Source: an uncultured cyanobacterium (GTDB taxonomy: Bacteria; Cyanobacteriota; Cyanobacteriia; Pseudanabaenales; Pseudanabaenaceae). From it: a stretch of 64,000 nt of DNA. The translations under genes were made by a program, and so were the position numbers. This document shows positions 48,016-58,595 of this stretch, piece by piece. The notes below the pieces were generated by a model. That model did no database searches and was not told the origin of the DNA. It saw only the letters and a list, made by a program, of their open reading frames with translations. The stretch lies in assembly GCA_963703315.1 (NCBI GenBank), contig OY969811.1:1-64000 (forward strand), in the 5' to 3' direction. How positions within the stretch are numbered: position 1 is the stretch's first letter; the number at the start of each line of letters is the position of its first letter.

Positions 48016-48885
48016 TAGAGTATCTTGCATTTTCTCACCGTCATGATACGCAGCGAACAATACGGGACAAGTTTTACCCCATGCGATCGCGCCAGTAGCA
48101 TCGAGACAAATTGCGCCAAAATCGCGATCGCGACTTTTTGCCTCATTAATCGACTTTTCAACTGCTTGCTGAAGGGTCATCCCATCGGTGACCCGTACCA
48201 CCACTCTAGTCGCAAAGCCTTCATCGAGAATGTCTTCACCAACACCTGTACAGCTTACGCCTGCAAATTTAGTGGCATAGTTCCCCGCAGGGGTTGCCGA
48301 GTCGCTGACTCGACCAATCCGTTCAAAGCCACGTCCACCCGTCGATGTCCCCGCACAAATGCTGCCATATTGGTCTAGCACCACTGCTCCGATTGTTCCC
48401 ATCGCCACATCTGCCATTTTGCGAGTGAAGTTAGTCTTGCGTTCCTCCACCCATTCCGCAAGGCGTTCATCGGTGAGGGGATTATAAATCGGGATACCAA
48501 GTTCGCGAGTGAGTTCCGCTGAGCCGTAATCAGAAAGAACGCGATCGTCGCTAGTTTGCAAATGTTTAGCCAGATCAATCGGATTCTTAACTCTTGCGGT
48601 ATTAATGACACCACTAAAACTTTGGCGATCGCCATCCATAATCGAGGCACTCATCCGCACCTGTCCATCGGACTGCAAGACAGAGCCAGTCCCCGCATTA
48701 AATCGGGGATCGTCTTCGAGCATTTGACAAGCTTTGACGACAGCATCGATCGCCTTCGTGCCATTAAGCAGCATCGGATAGACAGTTTCGAGAACTGCAA
48801 ATAATGACTTGCGAACAGGTTCGTAGCCGCCTTTGCTTTCGACAGTGCTACCCGCACCGCCATGAATGATGATTTTTGGTTGCAT
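48013..48885 (-). CDS. Isoaspartyl peptidase / L-asparaginase (Ntn hydrolase)
   Basis: 'IIHGGAG', 'FNAGTGS', 'GTIGAV' nucleophile Thr, 'TSTGG..GRVSDS'. Confidence 0.92.
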   Translation of the reverse strand: MQPKIIIHGGAGSTVESKGGYEPVRKSLFAVLETVYPMLLNGTKAIDAVVKACQMLEDDPRFNAGTGSVLQSDGQVRMSASIMDGDRQSFSGVINTARVKNPIDLAKHLQTSDDRVLSDYGSAELTRELGIPIYNPLTDERLAEWVEERKTNFTRKMADVAMGTIGAVVLDQYGSICAGTSTGGRGFERIGRVSDSATPAGNYATKFAGVSCTGVGEDILDEGFATRVVVRVTDGMTLQQAVEKSINEAKSRDRDFGAICLDATGAIAWGKTCPVLFAAYHDGEKMQDTL

Positions 48886-49004
48886 TTTTTGTTTGGTGAT
48901 TGGGAATTGGGAATTGGTCTCTTAGAATTTAAATTATTGATTGCCTATAGACTCAATAAACTTGAGTGTAGCTAAATCTTTTTATGTGGCATTAGATCTA
49001 AATT

Positions 49005-49340
49005 TCAGATCGTATTGACATTACAAGAATTTGGACAATTCGATTGATTCTTAATGTCACTATTTCTTATAGTCCAATTTTCTTTACACCATAAACAAAT
49101 ATACTCACGAGGGTAAGGATGCTCACTATATTCCCTCCAAGTTGGAGATGCTACACCTGCCCTGATAATTTCAGGATATCTGTTGTAGCTGTTCGGCTTT
49201 GTAACAAGAAGCTGAAAAGTCTTTTTTAGATTTAACTCAACTTCGGGACTAAGTTTTTGTAACTCTTTTAGTTTCTCTCTCAAATCTAGGAGCGCATATA
49301 AGGCAGGTGCTGACTCCCGATCATCTTTCATTTTACTCAT
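49005..49340 (-). CDS. Hypothetical protein with C-terminal Cys cluster
   Basis: 111 aa; CLWC...CPNSC. Confidence 0.5.
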   Translation of the reverse strand: MSKMKDDRESAPALYALLDLREKLKELQKLSPEVELNLKKTFQLLVTKPNSYNRYPEIIRAGVASPTWREYSEHPYPREYICLWCKENWTIRNSDIKNQSNCPNSCNVNTI

Positions 49341-49387
49341 AGCAATTGATTAAACCTACTCAATAAATAATTTAGAATTAAAAAATT

Positions 49388-50047
49388 CTAAGCGCGAAAT
49401 TGTTCCATTAGCCATGCAGTGATAGAGCTTTGATTTTCTTGGCGGCTACGTTGGAGAGCTTGTTCGAGAATTTCTAGCTTTAATCCTGTTAAAACCAATG
49501 ATTCGCGAATACGCCTAATGCTTCCATCATTTCCATGCGTGAAAGCAAAAATTTGCATAGTTTGAACATTCACAATCCAATATTCGGAGATTCCTAAATC
49601 CTCATATTGCAAGCGTTTTGCGCCTAAGTCATCGGCAAGAGAAGTATCTGAGATTTCAATAACTAGATCGGGTAATGGATACTGATCTAAGTCAATGATT
49701 CTCGTTCCCCAAGGGATAACATCGGCATTTGCACCAACATAGTATGAGGCATCAGGCTGAAATTCCGTATATCCTTTTTTGCGAAAGGAGCAGTCATTAT
49801 GTCCATTGATTGGAATACCTTGCAAAGATGCAAATAGACCAACACTCATAATGATGGTCATGTGGTCTTTGGAATGGTCGGAGCCTGTGGATATGGGTTC
49901 AAACCTCATCTTGCCGTTGTAATAGTAGCTTTTGAGTTTGGTGGAATCTGGAGCATCGGCAATATTCACAAATTCTTGCCAAGGGGCTGATATCCATGTT
50001 TCTAATGGTGTTTGGGTTTGTAGTAGGGGCATAGGTTTCACCTGCAC
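49388..50047 (-). CDS. Uma2 family (PD-(D/E)XK) endonuclease
   Basis: 'QPDASYY', 'PDLVIEIS', 'YEDLGISEYWIVN'. Confidence 0.9.
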   Translation of the reverse strand: MQVKPMPLLQTQTPLETWISAPWQEFVNIADAPDSTKLKSYYYNGKMRFEPISTGSDHSKDHMTIIMSVGLFASLQGIPINGHNDCSFRKKGYTEFQPDASYYVGANADVIPWGTRIIDLDQYPLPDLVIEISDTSLADDLGAKRLQYEDLGISEYWIVNVQTMQIFAFTHGNDGSIRRIRESLVLTGLKLEILEQALQRSRQENQSSITAWLMEQFRA

Positions 50048-50071
50048 TCATTTGGTGCTTTAAGTCTGTTG

Positions 50072-50236
50072 TCAATCCCAAAATTTAGCATTCAACATTG
50101 TGTCAATCTCCTCTATCAATTTCTCAACATCAAGATTTTGGAAATCACCCGCTTTTAATTGGGCGATCGCTGTCTCTAACCATAGGTCAAGATCGCGATC
50201 GTACAAGCTTAGTGGAGGTGCTATTGCCTGTGACAT
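50072..50236 (-). pseudogene. Truncated DUF29 family gene (N-terminal ~45 aa only)
   Basis: Manual translation MSQAIAPPLSLYDRDLDLWLETAIAQLKAGDFQNLDVEKLIEEIDTMLNAKFWD*. Confidence 0.75.
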
Positions 50237-50278
50237 TGGTGCTGCTCCCTACTCAAGACGTTATTCAAGATATTGCTT

Positions 50279-51712
50279 TTACAACTCTCCAAAACCCTTC
50301 TTCTTTTTCTTCTTCTTGCCATAGGCAGGATTGCCCGATGGAGCTTGGTTACCCATGCCACCCATGCCAGGGAATCCACCGCCACCCATGTTTGGCATTC
50401 CTGGGAAGTTGGGCATTTTACCTTGTCCCATTTGCTGCATGAGCGATCGCATCTTCTGGAAGTCAGCAACTAGTTTGGTGACATCTTGCAGCTTATAGCC
50501 AGCACCATTAGCAATCCGTTGTTTACGGCTAGGACTTTTGGCGATGAGATCGGGATCTTTGCGTTCCTGTTTGGTCATCGAAGAAATCATTGACTCACAG
50601 CGTTTCAGTTGCTTTTCCGCTTCTTGAATTTGCGCGTCATTGATTTTCATGCCGGGCAGCATTTTCAACATTCCACCGAAAGAACCCATGTTTTTCATCA
50701 TGCGGGTATTCTTCAGGAAGTCGTCAAAGTCGAACTTGGCGCTGAGAATTTTTTCTTGAAGTTTTGCAGCATCAGTAATGTCAATTTCTTCTTGAGCTTT
50801 CTCCACCAGAGTCAGCACATCACCCATGCCCAAAATCCGCGAAGCCATCCGCTCAGGATAGAAGGGTTGTAACGCCTCAACCTTCTCACCGACACCGATA
50901 AATTTAATCGGCTGTCCCGAAATCTGCCGCACCGATAGCGCTGCACCACCACGAGTATCACCATCCATCTTGGTCAAGATTGCACCCGTAACCCCAATCT
51001 CATCATGGAAAGTACGGGTCAGCGTTGCCGCCTCTTGCCCTGTCATCGCATCGACAACCAGCAGCACCTCATCGGGATTAATCGCATCCTTGACGCGCTT
51101 GAGTTCATCCATCATGTCGCGATCGATCTGCAAGCGTCCCGCCGTATCGACGATCACGGTATCAACGCCTAATTCCTTCGCCTTAGCCAAGCCTTGACGG
51201 GCAATCTCCACAGGGTCAGCATCAGCACCCATTTCAAAGACTGGCACATTGATTTGCTTACCAAGAGTGATCAACTGATCGATCGCCGCAGGACGATATA
51301 CGTCAGTCGCCACCAGTAAAGCCGTGCGCTCTAATTTGCGTAAATGTAAAGCTAATTTGGCGGTAGCCGTCGTTTTACCCGTACCCTGTAAACCCGCCAT
51401 CAAAATTACGGTTGGCGCATTGTCTGCCTCGGCAAGTGGCACATTTGCCTCGCCCATCGTCCTTACCAATTCGTCATAGACGATCTTGATAAACTGCTGA
51501 TCGGGGCGCACACCTGCGATTACATCAGCGCCTTGAGCCTGTTTGGAGATTTCTTCAACAAATTCTTTGACAACCTGTAAGTTGACATCTGCCTCTAAGA
51601 GCGCCCTGCGTACTTCACGAATTGCGCCTTGGATATTGGAGTCGGAGATTTTGTCCTGTCCGCGTAACTTTTTCCAAGCCGCCTCAAATTTATCGGCGAT
51701 TTCATCAAACAT
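50279..51712 (-). CDS. ffh: Signal recognition particle protein
   Basis: 'GLQGTGKTT', 'DTAGR', 'TKMDGD.RGGAALS', Met-rich M domain. Confidence 0.97.
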   Translation of the reverse strand: MFDEIADKFEAAWKKLRGQDKISDSNIQGAIREVRRALLEADVNLQVVKEFVEEISKQAQGADVIAGVRPDQQFIKIVYDELVRTMGEANVPLAEADNAPTVILMAGLQGTGKTTATAKLALHLRKLERTALLVATDVYRPAAIDQLITLGKQINVPVFEMGADADPVEIARQGLAKAKELGVDTVIVDTAGRLQIDRDMMDELKRVKDAINPDEVLLVVDAMTGQEAATLTRTFHDEIGVTGAILTKMDGDTRGGAALSVRQISGQPIKFIGVGEKVEALQPFYPERMASRILGMGDVLTLVEKAQEEIDITDAAKLQEKILSAKFDFDDFLKNTRMMKNMGSFGGMLKMLPGMKINDAQIQEAEKQLKRCESMISSMTKQERKDPDLIAKSPSRKQRIANGAGYKLQDVTKLVADFQKMRSLMQQMGQGKMPNFPGMPNMGGGGFPGMGGMGNQAPSGNPAYGKKKKKKKGFGEL

Positions 51713-51928
51713 ATCTAGTTTTGCTTTTGCTGTTGGTTCTAACTACTAATTTACCGTTACCACCGTTACATTGATCGCGATTGCTGAAAATTACGATGCA
51801 GCGCAAAGTGCTGTAATTGTCTGCAAGCTTTATGTAATATCCATCTACTCCTCATCTGACACTCATTTTTCTCAACTTTAATAAATTTAGTCTTAAATCC
51901 AGCCCCATATTTTATCTAAGCAATTTCT

Positions 51929-52426
51929 ATGAAAGCTAAGTATCTGAACACTTTGACCGCGATCGCCTTGTTAACTGTTGGCACAGCGATCGCTTCAGTA
52001 AAGCTAGAATCGATCCCACAATCTTTGTCTGAGGCGATCGCAGGTGAAGCCGCCTATGCCCAATCAACTTCTGTCGGTGGCTCGCTCGCCAAAAAGTTGC
52101 AAGGAAAGCCCGTTGTGGTTGATATCTATGCTAGTTGGTGTTCTGCTTGCAAAAATATTGCTCCAACTCTTTCCCAACTGAAACAACAATATGCAGGTAA
52201 AGTTCACTTTGTGGTGCTAGATGTATCAGATCGATCCACTACGGCTAAATCAGAGGCGATCGCTAGAGAGTTGGGACTCAGCGCTTTCTTTGCTGCCAAT
52301 AAGACTCAAACAGGTTCATTAACAATCGTCGATCCATCTACAGGCAAAATCTTATCGCAACACCGCAATAATGCTAATAAAGCTACCTATACCAAGGTCT
52401 TAGATGCAGCTTTGGCTAAGAAGTAA
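51929..52426 (+). CDS. Exported thioredoxin-like protein
   Basis: Signal peptide; 'YASWCSAC'. Confidence 0.85.
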   Translation: MKAKYLNTLTAIALLTVGTAIASVKLESIPQSLSEAIAGEAAYAQSTSVGGSLAKKLQGKPVVVDIYASWCSACKNIAPTLSQLKQQYAGKVHFVVLDVSDRSTTAKSEAIARELGLSAFFAANKTQTGSLTIVDPSTGKILSQHRNNANKATYTKVLDAALAKK

Positions 52427-52531
52427 TACCAAATAAAGAAATGGCTACGTCATTTCTTTATTTGGTATTACGCCCTTTCCAGTCTAAAAACAGACACCAA
52501 CATCTAACAATATTCACCACCTAAAAAATCC

Positions 52532-53050
52532 ATGAAAATTAAGTATCTTGCTTCATTAGCAGCGATCGCACTCTTGAGTACGGGCGTATTTATAGCTTGC
52601 GCCACACCTGAAGTGCCTAAGGACAATGCTGCCAGCACCACAAGCACTGCCGCAGCTAAACCTGATCCTTATGCTGTAAAATCTGCCTCTGCCGCCTCTA
52701 TTGGTGGACCTCTTGCTCAAAAGTTGCAAGGCAAACCCGTTGTGGTTGATGTTTATGCGAGTTGGTGTTCAAAATGTCAAAACATTGCCCCAACTGTCTC
52801 TGAACTAAAGAAACAATACGATGGCAAAGTTGAATTTGTGGTACTAGATGTAACGGATAGAACCACTACGGCGGCGGCGGAAGCTAACGCTCAGGAGCTA
52901 GGACTGAGCAAGTTTTTGGCAGAGAATAAAACCCAAACTGGTTCGCTCACAATTGTTGATCCAGCCACAGGCAAGATCTTGGCGCAATATCGTAATAATC
53001 CTGACAAAATGGCTTACAGCAAAGTTTTGGATGCTGCTCTAATTAGATAA
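52532..53050 (+). CDS. Thioredoxin-like lipoprotein (paralogue of the preceding gene)
   Basis: Lipobox-like 'FIAC'; 'YASWCSKC'. Confidence 0.85.
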   Translation: MKIKYLASLAAIALLSTGVFIACATPEVPKDNAASTTSTAAAKPDPYAVKSASAASIGGPLAQKLQGKPVVVDVYASWCSKCQNIAPTVSELKKQYDGKVEFVVLDVTDRTTTAAAEANAQELGLSKFLAENKTQTGSLTIVDPATGKILAQYRNNPDKMAYSKVLDAALIR

Positions 53051-53175
53051 TTTCAAAACTGTTCATTCACTTACAGCGTTTTGCGTTGACTTCAAAACTC
53101 TCTCTGGACTACTCAAAGCCTTCGTAAGTTGTAAATGGATGGAAAGTTTTTCATCTTTCGTATGAGAATATTTGC

Positions 53176-54042
53176 ATGAACAACCTTCACAAGCCCGATC
53201 TCGACAGTACCCTAGCTACGGCAACCAAAAAGACTAGCCCTAAAATTCCTAAAAAATGGTTTGTTTTTGGAGGATTAGCACTTCTGGGTTTTGCACTCGC
53301 CCTATTGATTACGGGACCAGTATCCCAAGCACTAGAATATGCCATCTCTGTTGTGGAAAATCGCTATCAGGAATGGTTCGATCAACAAGATACAGCTAAT
53401 CCATTGGTACTAATGCCTCTCGCATTTACTGGTGGCTTGATCGCTAGCATTTCTCCCTGCATTCTGGCGATGCTACCGATTAATTTGAGTTATATCGGCA
53501 CGCGCAACATTACTTCTCGTAAAGATGCTTTTATCAAAGCGGGAATGTTTGTGCTTGGCAATGTGATTGTTCTTAGTCTATTTGGATTAGTTTCTTCCTT
53601 CGCAGGATTAGTAATTGTGGAATATCGTGGTCACATTAATGTGGTTGTCGGAGCGATTATTTTAATCATGGGACTCGGTTTGTTGGGCTTGATTAAGATT
53701 CCATTACCTCGAATTAATGTTGGTGGAACTAATTTTGGTCCTTTTGGCGTTGGTTTAACCTACGCCTTGGTTAGTTCTCCTTGTGCAAGCCCTGTCCTGT
53801 TTGCAGTGCTTGCGGCTTCGGCGGCAAGTGGTTCGCAAGTTCTATCGGTGCTGACGATGGTAAGTTATGCTTTGGGCTACACGATCATCATCTTTTTATC
53901 TAGTCTGCTGACTGGTTTTGCCAAGCAAGCGAAGCTACTGCTGAAATACTCAGAAGGAATTACCAAGTTTGGAAGTATTGCGCTGATTTTAGCAGGAATT
54001 TACTATCTGTTTATAGGGATAAAGTGGTTTATTGGCGTTTAA
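53176..54042 (+). CDS. ccdA: CcdA/DsbD-type transmembrane electron transporter
   Basis: 'SISPCILAMLP' and 'SPCASPVL' membrane cysteines. Confidence 0.88.
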   Translation: MNNLHKPDLDSTLATATKKTSPKIPKKWFVFGGLALLGFALALLITGPVSQALEYAISVVENRYQEWFDQQDTANPLVLMPLAFTGGLIASISPCILAMLPINLSYIGTRNITSRKDAFIKAGMFVLGNVIVLSLFGLVSSFAGLVIVEYRGHINVVVGAIILIMGLGLLGLIKIPLPRINVGGTNFGPFGVGLTYALVSSPCASPVLFAVLAASAASGSQVLSVLTMVSYALGYTIIIFLSSLLTGFAKQAKLLLKYSEGITKFGSIALILAGIYYLFIGIKWFIGV

Positions 54043-54118
54043 GTTCTATTAAAACCAACCATAAGCAAAGCTCTAAAAGTGCTTCTGAGTAACGCTTTTA
54101 GAGGCTTGCTTGATAGCT

Positions 54119-54814
54119 CTATCCTTGACTGCGTAAAACGTAGCCCACGCCGCGCACTGTATGTAATAACCGTTTAGAATTATGAACTTCTAATTTGATG
54201 CGTAAAGCCCGAATATAGACTTCAATAATATTTGACTCGCCCATAAAGTCATAGCCCCAAACCGATTCGAGGATCTGGTCACGGGTTAAGACTTGCTGGG
54301 GATGGCGCAGCATAAATTCTAATAAATCAAATTCTTTAGCGGTCAGATCGACCCTCTGCCCCGCCCGATGGACTTCGCGAGAAGTGTGTCTTAAAGTAAT
54401 ATCTTCAAACTGCAAATTGTCGATCGCTTCGGGATACATTCGCCGCATTCTTGCATTGATTCGGGCGAGTAATTCCTCAATGCTGAAGGGCTTCGTGAGA
54501 TAGTCATCGGCTCCTGCATTTAAACCAGTGACGCGATCGCAAATTTCATCCTTAGCTGTCAGCATAATGATCGGCACTCGTACCCCCGTTTTGCGTAACC
54601 TTGTGCAGATATCTAATCCCGATATTTCAGGTAACATCCAATCCAAAATCACTAGATCGGGCTGTGTATCACGGGCTAGTTGTAAACCGTCTAAGCCAGT
54701 CATCGCCACAGTTATCTGATAGCCTTCTAAACCAAGTTCCATTTCAATAAATTTCGATAACTTGGGGTCATCTTCAATCAGCAGAATGCGATTATTCATC
54801 GTTGCGGATTCCAT
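54119..54814 (-). CDS. OmpR-family response regulator
   Basis: 'LLIEDD', 'LDWMLP', 'DDYLTKPF', 'HTVRGVGY'. Confidence 0.95.
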   Translation of the reverse strand: MESATMNNRILLIEDDPKLSKFIEMELGLEGYQITVAMTGLDGLQLARDTQPDLVILDWMLPEISGLDICTRLRKTGVRVPIIMLTAKDEICDRVTGLNAGADDYLTKPFSIEELLARINARMRRMYPEAIDNLQFEDITLRHTSREVHRAGQRVDLTAKEFDLLEFMLRHPQQVLTRDQILESVWGYDFMGESNIIEVYIRALRIKLEVHNSKRLLHTVRGVGYVLRSQG

Positions 54815-56235
54815 AGCGGTAAACTGATTGTAAAAATACTACCCTCATTTGGTTTGGACATGAGGCTGATTTTGCCATTCATGCCTTCCACTAAGCTCTT
54901 GGCGATCGCTAAGCCCAGTCCAGTACCATCGCGGGAACGAGTGGAAGGATCGTCACTGCGATAAAAACGCTCAAACACTCGCTGTTGATGGGCAAGGGCA
55001 ATGCCAATACCGCGATCGCACACATGGATCATCGCTTGATCTTCTTTAGTTTCTAGTTGAATTTCTACTGGATCGGCGGAATATTTAATCGCATTATCCA
55101 CTAAATTAATCAAAACCTGTTGCAACCGATCTTGGTCTGCCAGAGCCACGATATCTTGATTTAGAGTTGTGGCTGTGACTGAGCGATCGCTAACTTTGGC
55201 ACTCATCGCCGCCACTTCCGTAACTAAGGTATTTAAAAAAACAGGAGCTTGCCGAAAATGCAAATTACCACTATCGGCTCTTGCCAGATCTAACAAATCT
55301 TGGAGCATCTGGATCGTGCGCTCGGTTTCTGCACTGGCGGTTGCGATCGCTTGTTTCTGGTAAATGCTGAGGTTATCGCCACGACGTAGCAAGCTTTGCA
55401 AATAGCCGCCGATCACGGTTAGAGGTGTGCGTAATTCATGGGATACATTACCGACAAATTGACGCTGCTGCTCCCAAGCACTCGACAATCTCTGGAGCAT
55501 TTCATTAAAAGTCTGCGCCAATCCCAAAATCTCATCAGGAGCCTTGGCTAGTTCCAATTTAGCGGCACTAAGATCATCAATGGAAATCAGACTTGCCATC
55601 TGACTCATTTCTTGCAAAGGCGAAAGGGCTTTGCGAATCCGCAGGGCAATCGCCACAATCAAGATCATCGTTGCGCTAATACTAACGATGATCAATCCAT
55701 AAATTCCATTATTTAACTGCAATTGGTCTTTGGTAATATCTTGAGAGAGATAAACTTTACCAACTATTTTGCCATTGACAGTTAGAGCGTTGCCACACAT
55801 CACCACATAGCGATCGCTGATTTGGATCACCTGTGGCGTGGTTGGGACTTCAGAATCGCCAATATTTTGTAAGTCTGCGGCTAGGTCATAATCATTCGCG
55901 GATTTGGCAAGAATTTCACCATTTTCATCCTTGACGAGAATCCCTAATCTTGAAGTGGAAACTTTATTTAATGTGCGTTCTATTCCTGCTTTAATGCCCC
56001 CAGTTTCCATATACATTTCTACTTGATCGGGAAACCGCATCGCCACATATTCCAGAATTTGCTTGTGACTATTTACTACTGTCTGCTCCATCCGCCAACC
56101 CGCCCAAACCGTCACCCCCGTTAAGCTAATTACCGAAAGCGCAATCAATTCTACGGTCAAACGAAACTGAAGTGAGTTTGGGGAAACTCGCTTACCAAAT
56201 ATATTCGCGATCGCAGTTCTAATTGATTTATACAT
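54796..56235 (-). CDS. Membrane HAMP sensor histidine kinase
   Basis: Two TM helices, H-box 'SHELRTPL', 'NLVDNAIKY', 'GTGLGLAI'. Confidence 0.95.
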   Translation of the reverse strand: MYKSIRTAIANIFGKRVSPNSLQFRLTVELIALSVISLTGVTVWAGWRMEQTVVNSHKQILEYVAMRFPDQVEMYMETGGIKAGIERTLNKVSTSRLGILVKDENGEILAKSANDYDLAADLQNIGDSEVPTTPQVIQISDRYVVMCGNALTVNGKIVGKVYLSQDITKDQLQLNNGIYGLIIVSISATMILIVAIALRIRKALSPLQEMSQMASLISIDDLSAAKLELAKAPDEILGLAQTFNEMLQRLSSAWEQQRQFVGNVSHELRTPLTVIGGYLQSLLRRGDNLSIYQKQAIATASAETERTIQMLQDLLDLARADSGNLHFRQAPVFLNTLVTEVAAMSAKVSDRSVTATTLNQDIVALADQDRLQQVLINLVDNAIKYSADPVEIQLETKEDQAMIHVCDRGIGIALAHQQRVFERFYRSDDPSTRSRDGTGLGLAIAKSLVEGMNGKISLMSKPNEGSIFTISLPLWNPQR

Positions 56236-56280
56236 TTATTTCATGGGTTCGGTAGTGACGCGAAGCGTCACCGCCGAATA

Positions 56281-56949
56281 TTAAAAAATTTTAGCGGTGT
56301 GCTGCTCTACATCAAACTCAAAACGTTGGCTATAGTCAGTTATGCCATAGATATTAAAACTAATCGTGGGTTCATCACCGATCGCTTCAACCTGATGAAT
56401 TGCCTCAGGCATCAGACAGAGAATATCGCCAGATGTAAGGATATGCTCTCCTGTTTTGACAATGCGATCGGGAAATTCAGCACTAGGCGATCGCTGCCAA
56501 AATGTATTCTTCTCCTCGCCATCAATCAGCGCCACAATTCCCCAAGTGGCATGATTATGAACCGATGAAACACGCTGCGGCGACCAAGCGACGGTCTGCA
56601 CCGTTAGCGCAAAATCTGGCTCATCATACATCATCTGCACCGACCAACCCGTTTCGCGATCGGGCATTGCAAAACTAGTCAAAATCCATTCTGATTCATT
56701 GAGTAAGCGGCGCACTAATGGGCAGATTTTTTGCAATCGTAGGCGATCATCTGATTCTTGCCAGATGATATTCTCGACATCCGTAAGAAATCGATAGAGT
56801 CGATAGGGGATGGGATATTTTTTTGTGAATGAATCTTCTGGCAGATCTTCCTGCATAGATGCAAGGGGAATACATTGGCTTTCATTAGTAACTAACCAGT
56901 CTTGAGCGATCGCTTGCTTTGATTCTGTTGATTGCACTGGATTTTCCAT
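56281..56949 (-). CDS. Cysteine dioxygenase-like cupin
   Basis: 'SSVHNHATWG...GEEKN', 'EAIHQV', 'SFNIYG'. Confidence 0.8.
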   Translation of the reverse strand: MENPVQSTESKQAIAQDWLVTNESQCIPLASMQEDLPEDSFTKKYPIPYRLYRFLTDVENIIWQESDDRLRLQKICPLVRRLLNESEWILTSFAMPDRETGWSVQMMYDEPDFALTVQTVAWSPQRVSSVHNHATWGIVALIDGEEKNTFWQRSPSAEFPDRIVKTGEHILTSGDILCLMPEAIHQVEAIGDEPTISFNIYGITDYSQRFEFDVEQHTAKIF

Positions 56950-57161
56950 CCTTGAATGAAAGCCGCTATAGCCTGAAATATGGATTTGTTCTAGTCTAGA
57001 GCTAGTTTGAAGGTTACAGATGAGTAGTAAGTGACTCTAAGATAAATTTTTGATGAGGAGATTATATTCAGACATTTAATTTCATCGTGGTCACTTTTTG
57101 ATGGGTTTTGATTGTAGCGATCGCGCGTTGTGGATATTGAGTTGAGGAGCGATTGCACACC

Positions 57162-58595
57162 TTAAAAATCAGACAAGAGATTAGCTCCCAGAATATAAGC
57201 ATAGAGACTAGATGGACAAAATTCAAATCCTACCCCTTTATATTGAATGCCTCTATCTGAGATAGTTTGACTAGTTACCAAAATTGGCTGAGATATATTG
57301 AGATGCTTATTTACAAATTCAACGCAATTATCTAGTTCTGCAAGGGTTCTGTAAGGGCGATCGCTCCACTTCACTTCAACAATCCAAGAGGGTAATTGAT
57401 TAACCTTATCTAAGTGAACGATATCAACCTCCCCCGACTTCCATCGTGCATAATAAAGTTCAGTAATTTCACTGTGCTGCCATTGACTAAAAATTGCAGT
57501 TTCAGTCATAGCTCCCATAGCTTCGGAATTTGCATCAATTTGTCCAAACAAAGCAGCTCTCATGGATGGATTGGTCAAGTAGACTTTGAAACACATCGCT
57601 CTCTTAAATCTTTTAGCATTGTTGTCTATGCGCTCAACTCGCCGAATTAGGAAGGCAGCCTCAAGATATTCGAGATAACGCTTGATCGTGTTTTTAGCAA
57701 CACCAGAGGATTTAGATAATCCATCTAGACTTACTTCATTCCCAGAGTTATAAGCTAGTGTTGTAAACAGTCTATTTAATTCTTGAATATCATTGATACC
57801 ATAAAGACTTGGCAAATCTCGAAGTAATACCTTATCGATAATGTCACTTTTGATATACTGACTGGGGTTTTGCCTGATAGTTTCTGAAAAAACAGCCTCT
57901 GGATAGCCACCAAAGTTTAAGTAGTTTATGAACTCTTCATTGAGCGCTTTGATATTTGTAACAGAATATTCATTTTTCTCTAAATCAAAATCTTCAACTG
58001 GTGTGAACTTTATCAGTTCAGATTCTCTACCAATAAACATTAAGTACTCAGCAAAAGTTAGTGGTGGTAGAACATAATCGCTAAAGCGACCAGCACCAGA
58101 CTCATTACTCTTGAGTCTTAATGCTGCTGCCGCAGAACCTGTGGCAATAAAGCGATAGTCGGCATAGGAGTCAACTAGAGATTTGAGATGTACTTCCCAG
58201 TTACGCAAATACTGAATTTCGTCAAAGAAGACAAACAATTTTGCATTGCGTTTATGTTCAAAAAGTTTCTGAAAATAATTAAGTATCCTTTCTAGATGTA
58301 ATCCTGTATAGATTGGAGTTTCAAGGGAAATGTATAAAATATTTGTTGCTTCTACACCAGAGTCTAAGAGTTCGCGAATGGTGTGATAAACCATAACAGT
58401 TTTACCAACACGCCTTGGTCCCATTAAAACGATCGCTCGACGAACATTTGAGTCCAAAATATTTTTATAAAAAGTCTCGAAGTACTTACGTCGAGGTGTA
58501 TTTTCGTAAGTTATTTTTCCTTCTTTACCTTGTTCCCACCAAGGGTTATCAAACCGAAGTCGGGACAAAATATCTGCTTCTGAAATTTCAAGCAT
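57162..58595 (-). CDS. AAA_14 ATPase with C-terminal DUF4143 (PD-(D/E)XK-like) domain
   Basis: 'GPRRVGKT', 'FFDEIQ', 'GGYPE', 'GEVDIV...IVEVKW'. Confidence 0.88.
   Translation of the reverse strand: MLEISEADILSRLRFDNPWWEQGKEGKITYENTPRRKYFETFYKNILDSNVRRAIVLMGPRRVGKTVMVYHTIRELLDSGVEATNILYISLETPIYTGLHLERILNYFQKLFEHKRNAKLFVFFDEIQYLRNWEVHLKSLVDSYADYRFIATGSAAAALRLKSNESGAGRFSDYVLPPLTFAEYLMFIGRESELIKFTPVEDFDLEKNEYSVTNIKALNEEFINYLNFGGYPEAVFSETIRQNPSQYIKSDIIDKVLLRDLPSLYGINDIQELNRLFTTLAYNSGNEVSLDGLSKSSGVAKNTIKRYLEYLEAAFLIRRVERIDNNAKRFKRAMCFKVYLTNPSMRAALFGQIDANSEAMGAMTETAIFSQWQHSEITELYYARWKSGEVDIVHLDKVNQLPSWIVEVKWSDRPYRTLAELDNCVEFVNKHLNISQPILVTSQTISDRGIQYKGVGFEFCPSSLYAYILGANLLSDF

Noticed and set aside
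50098..50473. Four short ORFs around the ffh 3' end
   Set aside because: Alternative-frame or antisense ORFs; the real signal is the DUF29 fragment at 50072-50236
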